From the IMG/VR virus record IMGVR_UViG_2767802109_000003, positions 1 to 64,000 of that record: 64,000 bases of DNA; one strand, given 5' to 3'. Within the stretch, counting starts at the first letter, position 1, and the number at the start of each line of letters is the position of its first letter. The notes under the pieces were generated by a model, which was given only the letters and a program-made list of their open reading frames with translations, ran no database searches and was not told the DNA's origin. This document shows, in pieces, positions 18,441 through 27,350 of this stretch. A program made the translations under genes and the position numbers. Origin of the DNA: a virus (taxonomy: Duplodnaviria; Caudoviricetes).

Positions 18441-18637
18441 TGTCCCGCTGCGCGGCGTGTGGCCGGCGTCTGCGCCGCCCGTCCCCGTCCGGGCTGGGAC
18501 CGGTGTGTGCCCGCCGCCTCCAGCCCGCCCCCGCCCGACCTCGGTCGATCCGGGCCACCGAACCGCCGGCCGAACCCATACCCGGCCAGACCGAGATCGA
18601 ACTGATCCCCATGCAGCCCAGCCTCTGGTCGCTGTGA
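18440..18637 (+). CDS. DUF6011-like small protein
   Basis: CAACGRRL....S...GLGPVCARR motif. Confidence 0.55.
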   Translation: MSRCAACGRRLRRPSPSGLGPVCARRLQPAPARPRSIRATEPPAEPIPGQTEIELIPMQPSLWSL

Positions 18638-18660
18638 CCAGCCAACCCGAAGGAGAACCG

Positions 18661-19146
18661 ATGACCGACCACCCGTACACCGATGACGACCTCCGTGCCG
18701 AAGCCGCCCGCCAACACGCCACCCTCACCGAGGACCCCGACTTCATGGGCGTCGGCGAGCAGATGGAAGACGGTTGGGTCCCGTCTGTCGAGACAACTGA
18801 GGACGGCAGCGGACGCACCTGGAAGCAGCTCCTCGTCGTCGAGGACGAGACCGGGGACGACGAGGACTACGCCGCGTTCGGCGAGGCGCAGCGGAAGATC
18901 CACGCCCTGATCAACGGCGCGGCGGACGTGTCCGCGTGGGCCGTCAACCTCGGCGCCGACGGACTGGAGCCCTCCACCGAGCATGCGATCACCCTCAACG
19001 CGGGCCGGCCGATCGCCCGGATCCACTTCGCGTTCGAACCGGGCATGTCCGAGGAGATGCGGACGCTGCTCGTCGAGGGCATCGGTGACGCGATCAACGA
19101 GGCCGGTGCCGAGTCCGAGCAGCCGGCCGCCGAGGCGCAGCAGTGA
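18661..19146 (+). CDS. Acidic phage hypothetical protein
   Basis: AAGGAG RBS. Confidence 0.6.
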   Translation: MTDHPYTDDDLRAEAARQHATLTEDPDFMGVGEQMEDGWVPSVETTEDGSGRTWKQLLVVEDETGDDEDYAAFGEAQRKIHALINGAADVSAWAVNLGADGLEPSTEHAITLNAGRPIARIHFAFEPGMSEEMRTLLVEGIGDAINEAGAESEQPAAEAQQ

Positions 19147-19355
19147 CCGCACAGTCGATCGGTGTCGAGGTGTCCTGCGACGGGCCGGACGAGAAGACCG
19201 ACTGCCCGGACAGTGCTGCCGTCCGCTCTCGGGTCACGTCGTACACCGCTCCGCAAGTCCGGGCCGATGGCCGTCGTCAGGGGTGGGCCGTCCGGCGCCG
19301 CAACGGCCACATCGTCGACCTCTGCCCCGCATGCCGTACCCACCCCACCTCGTGA
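19143..19355 (+). CDS. Small zinc-binding hypothetical protein, paralogous type to 18231-18440
   Basis: VSCD...GW..DLCPAC. Confidence 0.55.
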   Translation: MTAQSIGVEVSCDGPDEKTDCPDSAAVRSRVTSYTAPQVRADGRRQGWAVRRRNGHIVDLCPACRTHPTS

Positions 19356-19423
19356 ACGCGGCGACCCGGCGTGCCTGTAACACGCCGGGTCTGTCCCGGA
19401 CCCTACCCGCCCCGGAGTCCCCG

Positions 19424-19630
19424 ATGACCTTCCCCGTCCACCCATGGGCTGGCGATCACGTGGGCCGTGCCTTCGCCGGCGTCCACGCGGAGGCCGCCTG
19501 CCCGTATCCCACCGCCCCCTGCGGCCTCGTCTACGCGGACCGGATCCGCCCGGACTGCCCGACCCACGCCGCCGCCCGATCGATGCGGCAATCCCACCCC
19601 ACCCACAACTGCCCCGGAGGAACCACGTGA
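19424..19630 (+). CDS. Small Cys/His-rich hypothetical protein
   Basis: GGAG RBS; ends in GTGA overlap. Confidence 0.45.
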   Translation: MTFPVHPWAGDHVGRAFAGVHAEAACPYPTAPCGLVYADRIRPDCPTHAAARSMRQSHPTHNCPGGTT

Positions 19631-19920
19631 GCGAGCAGACGATCACCATCGACGGCCAGTCCGTCCCGCTCGACGACGTCATCTGGCTGGAGCGCCACCC
19701 GTGCGGCTGCGTCGTCTCCGGCGTCGTGGCCGTCGTCGCCAACGAATGGACGCTGGCCACCGCCGACGACGCCGCCCGCCACATCCACGACACCGACGGG
19801 GAACGCCAGCGAGCCGCCGGGCAGGGCCTCACGTTCGAGCCCGTCACCGGCCTGCGCTACCGCACCCAGTTCGCGGGCCGCTGGCACTGCGAACGCCACG
19901 CCCGACCGGCCTCCGCGTAG
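19627..19920 (+). CDS. Phage hypothetical protein
   Basis: GTGA overlap. Confidence 0.55.
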   Translation: MSEQTITIDGQSVPLDDVIWLERHPCGCVVSGVVAVVANEWTLATADDAARHIHDTDGERQRAAGQGLTFEPVTGLRYRTQFAGRWHCERHARPASA

Positions 19921-19979
19921 GGGGACCGGTGGTGTTGAAACCCCCGCCGCACACGCGGCCCGAACCCAGGAGAAACCCG

Positions 19980-20213
19980 ATGCCGTACCCGCCCGCCGAC
20001 GACCGTCTGCGGCACCTGCTGGCCCAACGGATCAACTGTCACGTCGACACGTGGAGGCTCGCGTTCTTCATCGCTGGCGCGATCGTCGACGACCCGGAGA
20101 TCCGCGCCGAGATGAAGCGCATCGCCGACGCCCACGCCTCGGGTCAGCCGTGCGGCGACCGCAACTGCCGCGCCTGCTTCGAGACGGTCAGCGGCGCCCC
20201 GACCACCCCGTGA
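19980..20213 (+). CDS. Phage hypothetical protein
   Basis: AGGAGA RBS. Confidence 0.5.
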   Translation: MPYPPADDRLRHLLAQRINCHVDTWRLAFFIAGAIVDDPEIRAEMKRIADAHASGQPCGDRNCRACFETVSGAPTTP

Positions 20214-20290
20214 CAGCCGGCAGCCCGGGGCGCCGGTAACACGCCGGGCCTGGCCCTGATCATCCCACCCCGACCCCGCCTGGAGAACCG

Positions 20291-20551
20291 ATGACCGACC
20301 AGACCACCGAGGACGACGAGCGGGCAGCCCGTAACGCGTGGCTGCTGAGCCTGTCCGTCAACCAGATCACGCGCTTCGGCACGGAGACGATGCTCGACTG
20401 GCTCGACGCCCGCCGGGAGTGGCGCGTCGCCCGGTTGCGCGCGGCGTGCCGGGACCTCCGCGAGCAGAGCGAGGCCCGAGAGCGAAGCCACGCCCGTCTT
20501 GCCGCGCTGCTCTCAACCGCTCCGCACACGCCGCTTGGAGGAACCCGATGA
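20291..20551 (+). CDS. Phage hypothetical protein
   Basis: GGAGA RBS, ATGA overlap with next gene. Confidence 0.5.
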   Translation: MTDQTTEDDERAARNAWLLSLSVNQITRFGTETMLDWLDARREWRVARLRAACRDLREQSEARERSHARLAALLSTAPHTPLGGTR

Positions 20552-22029
20552 CCGATCAGACCACCACCGACCGCGATCGCCGTGACCGGTACATCGAGAC
20601 GCTGCGAGCAGTCGAGACCGGCATGGACTACACGTCCGTGGTTGCCGTTGCCGAGGAGGCGATGGAGCTCGCCGACGAGGAGATTGCCGCTGCTCGGTAC
20701 AGCCGAGCGCTGGCCACGCCTCCGTCGGCAGAGAACGCGACGTTCATCGGCAACCGACTTGCTGCCCCGCTGCCGCCTGCCGTGCAGACTCCGATCCGTG
20801 AGCAGCTCCTGAACGCGCTGGACTTCTCGTTCTGCCAGTCCCTGGGCTACAGCACGCCGGAGGGGCTGCTGGCCGCCTACGAGGCCAGCCGGACACAGAC
20901 CGTGGACGACAGGGCGCTGGAGGCCCTGTCCGACACCCTGTACGACGCGCTGTACGCGATCACCCCGTTCGCGGAGCAGCACTTCGCCGACGAGCGGGAG
21001 GGGCTGCGGAACGCGGTCCGTGCCGTCCTGAAGCAGGCCGCCGTGCTGCCCGCGACCACCAACCACGACACCGACACGAGCGCCTCGCACCGGTGCGCCG
21101 ACTGCGGGGGCGGATTCATCCCGGGCAGCGACGTGGAGTTGACGCACAACTGCGACAACCACCGGAGTGCCGAACCGGCGACCGACGGTGACGCCTCCGA
21201 TGACCGGCGTCAGCGGTATGCAACCCCGCTGTACGCGATCATGCGGCAGAACGGTTGGGATGGGGAACGCACCGAGCGCGTGGTGCGGGAGATGGACCTC
21301 GTCCTTGACGCGGTGACGGTCGTCGCGGACGCCGAGCAGCAGGATCTGCGCGCCCAGATCGCGAACCTCCGCACGATGTACGCCGCGTCCGAGGCCCGGG
21401 TGAGCGACCTCATCGACGAGCGGGACCAGCTGCTGGAGACGCGCACCGACCGCCGCGCCGTCCTCCGTGAAGCCGCCGACCGGATCGACAACGAGGAACT
21501 GCCGCCGGACTACGTGGACATGTTCGACAACGGCGCGCGGTGGGCCGCGAAGCTGCTGCGTCGTGTGGCCGACGAGACGGCAGCCACCGAGACGCAGCCT
21601 ACTGACCTCCCGGCCCTCGCCGCCGCGCTCGACGGCTTCGCCACGCTCCTGGCCACCAGCAGCCGCGACTGGGGCGTCTACCGCGTCGACGCCTGGCTGT
21701 ACGCCGTCATCTGCGGCTGGGACTGCGAGCAGACCGAACACGACGCCACCTGCACGCATGGCGCCCTTGAGGAGATGGCCGAGCTGCACGGCTGGGACGA
21801 CGCGACGGTGGCCAAGGCGCGCCGCTACCGGGCCGCCGTCCGGGCACTTGTGGAGACGCACCAGCCCGCCGTCGAGCAGCCGTTCGTCCCACCCGCCCAC
21901 TACCGCCGCGACGACGACGTGGACTGCTGCGTCCACGCCATCCCCGTCGGCCCCGACTCCTGCCGGGCATGCCGGGAGCTGGCCGACGCGGAGGCCGCCG
22001 CCGGGGCGCGGCAGGACGGGGAGGCCTGA
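20548..22029 (+). CDS. Large mosaic multi-module phage protein
   Basis: 493-aa ORF made of short helical modules joined by Ala/Thr/Pro linkers. Confidence 0.6.
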   Translation: MTDQTTTDRDRRDRYIETLRAVETGMDYTSVVAVAEEAMELADEEIAAARYSRALATPPSAENATFIGNRLAAPLPPAVQTPIREQLLNALDFSFCQSLGYSTPEGLLAAYEASRTQTVDDRALEALSDTLYDALYAITPFAEQHFADEREGLRNAVRAVLKQAAVLPATTNHDTDTSASHRCADCGGGFIPGSDVELTHNCDNHRSAEPATDGDASDDRRQRYATPLYAIMRQNGWDGERTERVVREMDLVLDAVTVVADAEQQDLRAQIANLRTMYAASEARVSDLIDERDQLLETRTDRRAVLREAADRIDNEELPPDYVDMFDNGARWAAKLLRRVADETAATETQPTDLPALAAALDGFATLLATSSRDWGVYRVDAWLYAVICGWDCEQTEHDATCTHGALEEMAELHGWDDATVAKARRYRAAVRALVETHQPAVEQPFVPPAHYRRDDDVDCCVHAIPVGPDSCRACRELADAEAAAGARQDGEA

Positions 22030-22031
22030 CC

Positions 22032-22220
22032 ATGGACCGCCAACTGAACGCCTGCGGGTTCTCGTCCGAGACCATCGCCGCCGAGTACGAGACCGACGCC
22101 GCCCTCGCCGAGGCCGGAATGGACATGGCCGACCCGTACTTCCTGGCCGCGTTCCGGGCCGAAGACGAACAGCGCGCCCTGGACTGGCAGGTCAAGGCGC
22201 GGCAGGACGGGGCGCAGTGA
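22032..22220 (+). CDS. Small acidic hypothetical protein flanked by a 17-bp direct repeat
   Basis: GGAGG RBS; repeat GGCGCGGCAGGACGGGG at 22005 and 22196. Confidence 0.5.
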   Translation: MDRQLNACGFSSETIAAEYETDAALAEAGMDMADPYFLAAFRAEDEQRALDWQVKARQDGAQ

Positions 22221-22528
22221 CCGACCTCGCCGCCCGCCGTACCGCCGCCCTGGCCGCTCTGGCCCGCCGCCACCTTCCCGCCGGGCAATTCCCGGGGGAG
22301 ACCCGGCCGTCGGGGGACTTGCCGACGGATTGGCGGGAGGCGCTCGCCTACCTCGACGCCCGGGACCGGATGGAGGGCGGGGAGGCACCTCCGCCCGCCG
22401 GAGCCCCACGAGAGGCGCCAGGGGCCTGCTGTGGCCTCTGGCGCCCCCTCCGGCGGGTCTCGCGACGCCGGAACCCCTTTCAAGGCCTCTCAGGGCCCTT
22501 CAAAGCCTTTCGATCATCAGGAGACGAC

Positions 22529-22735
22529 ATGGCCAACTCCCCCTACCCCTATCGCGTCCGGCTTCACGGCGGCCGGAATGTCCACGCCGCCCGCGACGTG
22601 AACGGCGGCCCCAACCGGACCACGGCGTGCGGCTACTACCTGCCCGCCGAGTCCCGCGACCACGGCGTCACGCCCATCGCAGACGTCGAATGCCAGGCCT
22701 GCCTGCGCGAGATGCGGCGAGGCACCCAGCCGTGA
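22529..22735 (+). CDS. Small zinc-binding hypothetical protein
   Basis: AGGAGA RBS; VHAA..TACG..VECQAC. Confidence 0.55.
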   Translation: MANSPYPYRVRLHGGRNVHAARDVNGGPNRTTACGYYLPAESRDHGVTPIADVECQACLREMRRGTQP

Positions 22736-22908
22736 CCGCGGGCCCGCTCCCGTTCTGCGACCCCATGTGGACCGACGCGGAACTCGACGACACCACCCCC
22801 GACGATCCCCGGCTCCGCGACCTCCGCGGCCAAGGACTCACCGCCGTACAGCTGCACACGATCACCGACATACCGCTCGCCACCGACCACCTCACCGAAA
22901 GGAACCCC

Positions 22909-23238
22909 ATGATCAGCAACGAGCAGTGGGCCACCATCCGCGGCCTCGTCACCTGGCTCGACGCCCACAACGGCCGCGGCGACGAGGAGGTCGCCCTGCG
23001 AATCCTCAAGCTCACGGAGGAGGCAGGTGAAGTCGCCCAGGCTTGGATCGGCTTCAAGGGCCAGAACCCGCGGAAGCGCAACGGCTACACGCGGCCCCTG
23101 CCGGCGGACGTCGCCGACGAGTTGTGCGACGTGATCGTCACGGCTGCTGTCGCTCTCGGCTCGGTCGTGGACGACCCTGAGGCGCACTTCAACGCCAAGC
23201 TCGCGAAGATCGCCGCCCGTTCCCAGGCGGCCACCTGA
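22909..23238 (+). CDS. MazG-like nucleotide pyrophosphohydrolase
   Basis: KLTEEAGEVAQA and DELCDVIVTA (EExxE / ExxD) motifs. Confidence 0.82.
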   Translation: MISNEQWATIRGLVTWLDAHNGRGDEEVALRILKLTEEAGEVAQAWIGFKGQNPRKRNGYTRPLPADVADELCDVIVTAAVALGSVVDDPEAHFNAKLAKIAARSQAAT

Positions 23239-23498
23239 TGCCCAGCGTGATCAGGGCCGCCGCTGTCGCCCGCATCCTCGAGCCCTACCCGCCGTCCGAA
23301 TGGACCGGCGAAGGCTGGATCCCCGGCTGGCGTGCCGCCCAGGCCGGGCGGCGGCAGGTCAACGTCTTCCACGACGGGCCCGGCGAACAGGACGGCCTCG
23401 AGAAGTACCGGCTCGAACTCCAAGCCGCCGGCTACTGCGTGATCCCCGACCAGCAGCCCGGCGGCGGACGACGACGCCTCCACGTCACCCGACCGTGA
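23238..23498 (+). CDS. Phage hypothetical protein
   Basis: TGATG coupling. Confidence 0.55.
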   Translation: MPSVIRAAAVARILEPYPPSEWTGEGWIPGWRAAQAGRRQVNVFHDGPGEQDGLEKYRLELQAAGYCVIPDQQPGGGRRRLHVTRP

Positions 23499-23550
23499 AT
23501 CGCCCGCCGCCGCCCCAGATCGGGGCGGCGGCCCGAGAAAGGCCAGCACC

Positions 23551-23751
23551 ATGACCGCAGCGAAGCCGGCCGAGCACCTGCCGCCCAGGCCGTCCACCCG
23601 CCGCAAGTACATCAACGCCGCCGCCGAGCGGCTCCTCGCCGACTGCTTCCCCGGCATGATCCCCGCCGCCGTCATCGAAGACGCCCTCCGGCAGAAAGCC
23701 ATCCGTGAAGGACGCCTCACCCCGCCCAGCCAGACCAGGAGGACACCGTGA
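23551..23751 (+). CDS. Phage hypothetical protein
   Basis: 66-aa ORF after hairpin and RBS. Confidence 0.5.
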   Translation: MTAAKPAEHLPPRPSTRRKYINAAAERLLADCFPGMIPAAVIEDALRQKAIREGRLTPPSQTRRTP

Positions 23752-24080
23752 ACCTCACCGACCACGAGCTGCGCGTCCTCCGGCTCGTCTCACAGGGCCG
23801 CACTCACCAGGAGATCGCCGACGAACTGGTGATGACCGCGAAGGGCGTCACCCCGACCGTCAACCGGGCCATCCGGAAGCTCGGCGCCCGCAACGCCCCG
23901 CACGCCGTCCACCTCGCCTGGCAGGCCGGGATCCTCCGCCGTGAACGACACGGCGACCACGCCGGATTCGCCGCCCACGTCCGCCGCGGCGAAGACCCGT
24001 GGGCCTGCCAGCAAGGCTGCCCCGAAGGAGAGCGTGCCTACCGGGCCGGACGACGACAGCAACGGAAGGAAGCCGCATGA
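23748..24080 (+). CDS. LuxR-type C-terminal HTH regulator
   Basis: LTDHELRVLRLVSQGRTHQEIADEL..RKLGARN. Confidence 0.82.
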   Translation: MNLTDHELRVLRLVSQGRTHQEIADELVMTAKGVTPTVNRAIRKLGARNAPHAVHLAWQAGILRRERHGDHAGFAAHVRRGEDPWACQQGCPEGERAYRAGRRQQRKEAA

Positions 24081-24517
24081 AGCCCTACCGCGTCCTCGTG
24101 ACCGGCAGTCGGGACTGGGTCACGCCCGAGACGGTGTGGGCCGCCCTGAACGACGTCCGCACCGAGGCTCTCCTCGCCGGCCGGCCACTGGTCGTCGTCC
24201 ACGGCGCCTGCCCGACCGGGGCCGATCTGCACGCAGCCCAGTGGGCCGACATCGCCGGGCAGTTCAGCCGCCAGGTCACAGCCGAAGACCACCCCGCCCA
24301 AGGTCATCCGACGCAGGACTTCGGGCCCTGGCCGGCCGCCGGGCCGCGCCGCAACGCCTACATGGTCAACCTCGGCGCGGATGTCGCCCTCGCGTTCATC
24401 GGCCCGTGCACCAGCCCTCGCTGCCGGAAACCCCGACCCCACCCCAGCCACGGCGCATCCAACTGCGCCGACCTCGCCGAGAGCGCCGGCATCCCCGTTC
24501 GAAGGAGCTTCACATGA
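24077..24517 (+). CDS. SLOG-superfamily (YspA/DUF2493-like) protein
   Basis: RVLVTGSRDW, VVHGACPTGAD, AGPRRNAYMV motifs. Confidence 0.78.
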   Translation: MKPYRVLVTGSRDWVTPETVWAALNDVRTEALLAGRPLVVVHGACPTGADLHAAQWADIAGQFSRQVTAEDHPAQGHPTQDFGPWPAAGPRRNAYMVNLGADVALAFIGPCTSPRCRKPRPHPSHGASNCADLAESAGIPVRRSFT

Positions 24518-24945
24518 CCGACCAGCCCGCAACCCGCACCCAACGGCAAGCGATCACGAAGGCCATCGTCGCGAGGGAGGCCGCCGGTATCCCGCAGCAG
24601 CTCCGGGCCCGCGCCTTCAACGCCGTCGGCCCCGCCCTCCAGGCCCGCGGCGAATGGCTGCGCCTCACAGCCAGGCAGACTGTCGCCGACGCTGTCCTCG
24701 CCGCGATCAAGCCCGAACTCGACGCCTACCTGCGCTACGAGAACACGATCACCTGGATGACGACTTGCACCTCCTGCGCGACCGTCCTCGACAACGCCGC
24801 CCGCGACTTCGAGCGCGCCGACCGAGCCGAGGCCGCCCTCGCCAAAGCCTGGCGCATCCACCGAGAGACCTGTCCCCTCGCCCGCGGAGACGTCGACGCC
24901 GGCTTCGCGTGCTCCACGTGCGACGCCCTGAAGGAGCAGCCGTGA
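24514..24945 (+). CDS. Phage hypothetical protein
   Basis: ATGA overlap; WMTTCTSCA motif. Confidence 0.55.
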   Translation: MTDQPATRTQRQAITKAIVAREAAGIPQQLRARAFNAVGPALQARGEWLRLTARQTVADAVLAAIKPELDAYLRYENTITWMTTCTSCATVLDNAARDFERADRAEAALAKAWRIHRETCPLARGDVDAGFACSTCDALKEQP

Positions 24946-25181
24946 GCCGCTACGACGACCTGTCCCCGCGGGCCCTGTGGTGGCTGCAGAACCTCGACGA
25001 GCTCGACCTTGCCGCCGAATGCGCCGACTTCGAGGCCCGCTTCGAGAGGGTCCGCGCCCTCGAGCCGAAGCCGCTCGACGGGCTGAACGATCTCGGCCGC
25101 GCCCAAGCCAACGGGTGGAACGCCGCCCTCGCCGCCGTCCGGGAAGTCCTCAAGCCGCCGGCCGCCGACCGCAGCGCATGA
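24942..25181 (+). CDS. Phage hypothetical protein, last gene of early arm
   Basis: GTGA overlap; followed by terminator. Confidence 0.55.
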   Translation: MSRYDDLSPRALWWLQNLDELDLAAECADFEARFERVRALEPKPLDGLNDLGRAQANGWNAALAAVREVLKPPAADRSA

Positions 25182-25220
25182 CGAAACCCCGCCCCCTCAC
25201 CAGAGGGGCGGGGCTTTCGT
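25181..25220. terminator. Bidirectional-type hairpin terminator
   Basis: ACGAAA-CCCCGCCCC...GGGGCGGGG-CTTTCGT between convergent blocks. Confidence 0.7.
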
Positions 25221-25332
25221 CGCGCTCAGTAGTCGCCGACGGCTCGGCTGCAGAGATATTTACATCCTGGGCGTAACTATCTCTGCAAGATCGCCAGCCG
25301 GATGCTTACCCAGCGTGAGAATCGGCGGTCTG

Positions 25333-25656
25333 TCAGAACCGGCCGGTGCAGGCCAGGCAGACATGCGACGACTCCCACTCCGCCCGCTGCGCCTCCGCCA
25401 ACTGCACCGCCTTGTACACAACCGCACCCCAACCCGCTCCGCCCGCGGCGATCAGCAGGCCGAGCAGGATGCTGCCCTCCGTCAGCACCAGGATGCCGAC
25501 CGCGACCGCCACCAGCGCCGCCCAGTACGACACTTTCGGCCGGGCCGGCGGCGCGTACTTCGCCTTCAACGGCGACTCCGCGGGCAGCGACTGCCAGTAG
25601 TGCGGGAGATCGGCGACGTTCGGGGACGAGCAGTCCTTGGACGGGCAGGCGATCAC
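25333..25656 (-). CDS. Small two-TM membrane protein with terminal Cys motifs
   Basis: GTG start; CPSKDC..two hydrophobic segments..CLAC. Confidence 0.6.
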   Translation of the reverse strand: MIACPSKDCSSPNVADLPHYWQSLPAESPLKAKYAPPARPKVSYWAALVAVAVGILVLTEGSILLGLLIAAGGAGWGAVVYKAVQLAEAQRAEWESSHVCLACTGRF

Positions 25657-25780
25657 GGCGACCCCCGGGATGCGGCGTTGGGGCAGCAGGGTCGTGGGGT
25701 ACCGGCGGGTACGGCAAGCGGGATGCGGGCAGTGTGGGCCGGGCCACAGAACGGCAGCAACAAGGGCCCCACCCGTCGCT

Positions 25781-26617
25781 CTAGGCGAAACGGCCGCCGC
25801 CCGAACGAGCCGCACCATGCCGCCCCTTGCCCGGCCGCGCAGTGTGGGCCGCCTGAACCTGGTCCGCGGCAAACAGGGACTCCCCACCCCGCCCCGGCGC
25901 GCGCCCGACGGCCTCCAGACCCCACCGGGACATCTGCTTGCGGGCCGAACCGTTCGCCGACTTGCCCGAGTAGCCGAGATGGCTGGCGACCTGGCTGATC
26001 GTCCACCGGTCGTAGGTGCGGGAGGCGTAGGCGTCGATGTCGTCCACGTGCCACAAGGGCAGCCGGCCACCGAGGGCGTAGTGCCGCGGCTCCGGCAGGT
26101 GGCCGACCTTCCACAGCAGGCTCCAGCCCGTCGGCGACATGACCAGCTGGTGGGTGTCGGCGAGGTAGGGCCGAACCGTGTCCAGGGTGAGGCAGCGGTC
26201 GTCGCGGGCCGCGTCAGCGGAAGGGACGCGTTCGTCGAGGATGGTGAGGCTGTCGCGGGACCCGGCGATGGGGTACACGTCGTGGGCGAGGCCGTGGGCT
26301 TCCCGCTCCAGCCACTCCTCGGCCGGGGTGACGGAGTCGGCGCGCAGCGCGGTAGGGCGGATCACGGTGGTGACGGGCTGGGCGGCGATCTCGTCGGCTT
26401 CGGGGCCGGTGCCGTACCGCCAGGCGAAGTTCGGGGCGTCGCCCTTGGTCTTGCCGGTGGCACACAGGATGCCGATGGGCCGGTGGCCGGTGGAGGCGTG
26501 GATGGCTTCGGCGAGTGCGCGGGCCTTGGGGGTGAGGGTGTCGAGGTCGACGGTGTCGGTGAAGGCGGTGGTGCCGCCTGCGGTGCGGCGGATGTTGAGG
26601 GTGACGAGGGTGGGCAT
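25781..26617 (-). CDS. Hypothetical protein with C-terminal HTH
   Basis: C-terminal WTISQVASHLGYSGKSANGSARKQMSRWG; N-terminal ~200 aa unrecognised. Confidence 0.7.
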   Translation of the reverse strand: MPTLVTLNIRRTAGGTTAFTDTVDLDTLTPKARALAEAIHASTGHRPIGILCATGKTKGDAPNFAWRYGTGPEADEIAAQPVTTVIRPTALRADSVTPAEEWLEREAHGLAHDVYPIAGSRDSLTILDERVPSADAARDDRCLTLDTVRPYLADTHQLVMSPTGWSLLWKVGHLPEPRHYALGGRLPLWHVDDIDAYASRTYDRWTISQVASHLGYSGKSANGSARKQMSRWGLEAVGRAPGRGGESLFAADQVQAAHTARPGKGRHGAARSGGGRFA

Positions 26618-26647
26618 GGCGGCGTCTCCGGCTCTGGTGGCGGGTGG

Positions 26648-27181
26648 TCAGGTGGCAAGCTGGGTGCGGATCTGCTTGGCCAGGTCGATGACCGCTTCCA
26701 TCGGGATCGCCGCGGTCGACTGGTGCTTGACGCGGAGTCGGCCCTGGTCGAGGAAGGCGATGCCGTTGACGATCTCGTCGGGGCCATCCTCGATCTGGTC
26801 GGTGATGGTGATCTGAGAGCCGGTGAGGGCGATCAGGGTGGCGGTGCGGTCGCCTTCGTGGGTGATGGCGTTGAGGCGGTCGGCGAAGAGCGGGGCGAGG
26901 CCGGTGATGGTGGTCCAGGTGGAGCCGTTCTTGCGGGTGCGGGTCTTCACCGTGGCGGTGGCCGTGATGTCGGCGTGCGTGTAGGTACCGGTGAGGTTGA
27001 TGGTCACGGGCTTGGCCTTCCTGGCACGCAGGGCGCCGATGGTGATCCGGTGGGCGAGGGAGGCGGTGTCGATGATCCAGCGGCCGGCCTGCTTGGTGGC
27101 GGCGATGATGCCGCGGCGGCACCAGGTGCGGATGGTGGCGGTGGTGACGTTGGCCTGGAGTGCGGCGGCGGTGGTGTTCAT
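26648..27181 (-). CDS. Hypothetical protein with N-terminal MerR/Xis-like HTH
   Basis: MNTTAAALQANVTTATIRTWCRRG..AGRWII; RBS AAGGGG. Confidence 0.7.
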   Translation of the reverse strand: MNTTAAALQANVTTATIRTWCRRGIIAATKQAGRWIIDTASLAHRITIGALRARKAKPVTINLTGTYTHADITATATVKTRTRKNGSTWTTITGLAPLFADRLNAITHEGDRTATLIALTGSQITITDQIEDGPDEIVNGIAFLDQGRLRVKHQSTAAIPMEAVIDLAKQIRTQLAT

Positions 27182-27205
27182 CGGGTCCCCCTTGGTTTGA
27201 TGACT

Positions 27206-27234
27206 CCATAATGCCTCATGGTGAGGCATTATGG
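27206..27234 (-). promoter_or_regulatory. Perfect 13-bp inverted-repeat operator overlapping a putative promoter
   Basis: CCATAATGCCTCA-TGG-TGAGGCATTATGG; minus strand reads TTGCCA-18 nt-CATTAT. Confidence 0.75.
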
Positions 27235-27350
27235 CAAGGGAGTGTGACCACCCGATCCCCGGTAGCGGGACCCCAAGACGCAGAATCGCCCGCCACCAGC
27301 AGAAAGCTAATGGCGGGCAGCGAAAAGACCGGTCGGTCGAGGCGGCAAGA

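Noticed and set aside
3300-24100. Many early proteins ending in EAA/EVA/EAS as degradation tags
   Set aside because: Explained by the GGAGG RBS of the next coupled gene overlapping the last codons
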